Part shown: positions 63,160 to 64,000 of the stretch, in pieces | Numbering within the stretch: position 1 is the first letter of the stretch | How the letters are laid out: every line of letters starts with the position of its first letter | Origin: Cetorhinus maximus | Lineage: Eukaryota | Assembly: GCF_964194155.1 (NCBI RefSeq) | Contig: NC_135901.1 | Coordinates: forward strand, 28,272,001-28,336,000 | DNA length: 64,000 nucleotides | Reading direction: 5' to 3' | The notes under the pieces: model-generated | Database searches by the model: none | The model's input: only the letters and a program-made list of their open reading frames with translations | Told to the model about the DNA's origin: nothing | Translations under genes and position numbers: made by a program

Positions 63160-64000
63160 CTTTAAATCTCTGTCCCCCTCGTCTTTGTACCATCAGCTGA
63201 TGGGAACAGCTTTTCTTTGTCCATCTTATTTAAACCTGTCATAATCTTATACACCTCTATCAAATCTCCCCGCAACCCCCTTTGCTCCAAGGAGAACAAC
63301 CCCAGCTTCTCCAATCTAACCTTGTGGTTAAAATCCCTCACCCCTGGAACCATTCTGGTAAATCTCCTCTCCACCCTCTCAGGGACCCTCACATCCTTCC
63401 TAAAGTGTGGTGACCAGAATTGGACTCAATACTCTAGTTGTGGCCTAACCAGTGCTTTATAAAGGTTCAGCAAAACTTTCTTGCTTTTATTCTCAATGCC
63501 TCTATTTCTGAAGATCAAGAACCCATATGCTCCAAACAGGAATATCAAACCTTTCTGCTTGAACATTAAAACTATTTGAATAACATTCTTAAAATCACTG
63601 AAGAAGATTTTGACCAATGGAGGAACGAGTTGTTGGCACAAAAAAAAGCCATTTATAAAACCATAAAACATCGGAGCAGAAGTAGGCCAATCGGCCCATC
63701 AACTCTGCTCCGCCATTCAATGAGATCATGGCTGAACTGATAATCCGCAACTCCACTTTCCTGCCTTTTCCCCATCACCCCTGGTTACCTTACTGATTAA
63801 AAATCTGTCTATCTCAGCCTTGAATATACTTAATGACCCGGCCTGTACAGCCCTCTGCAGTAAAGAATTTCACAGATTTACTACGTTCTGAGAGAAGAAA
63901 TTCCTCCTCACCTCTGTTTTAATTGGCGATGCCTTACTCTGAGATTGTGCCCTCTGGTCCTAGACTCTCCCACAAGGGGAAACAATCTCTCAGCATCTAT
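63160..64000 (-). mobile_element. CR1 3' fragments
   Basis: LYKALVRPQLEY...ERRFTRMVPG, plus a second 3'UTR at 63665-64000. Confidence 0.8.

Overview
This is vertebrate genomic DNA, most likely from a shark or other cartilaginous fish. That call is an inference from SacSINE1-like Deu-SINEs, abundant CR1 LINEs and [10 protein letters not shown]-type zinc-finger ORFs. The window is a cluster of effector-less C2H2 zinc-finger genes: 4 intact, 3 disrupted, plus relics. They sit mostly as head-to-head pairs around a repeated CpG promoter and 5'-leader module that includes a nearly invariant 50-nt mini-exon. The cluster is heavily invaded by mobile DNA: (i) Penelope-like elements (PLEs) with minimal hammerhead-ribozyme motifs, often inserted as fold-back structures with two outward-facing 3' ends, including a perfect 96-bp-arm palindrome whose apex sits at the ribozyme core; (ii) a ~7.9-kb mosaic endogenous retrovirus with a tRNA-Ser PBS, two unrelated env-like genes, three integrase pieces, no visible RT and mismatched LTRs; (iii) a GalEa-like Copia LTR that truncates two ZNF genes at the same nucleotide; (iv) Tx1 and CR1 LINEs, SINEs, solo LTRs and two minisatellites. 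Everything was read by eye. Boundaries of old repeats are approximate, and family names were not confirmed by any database search.
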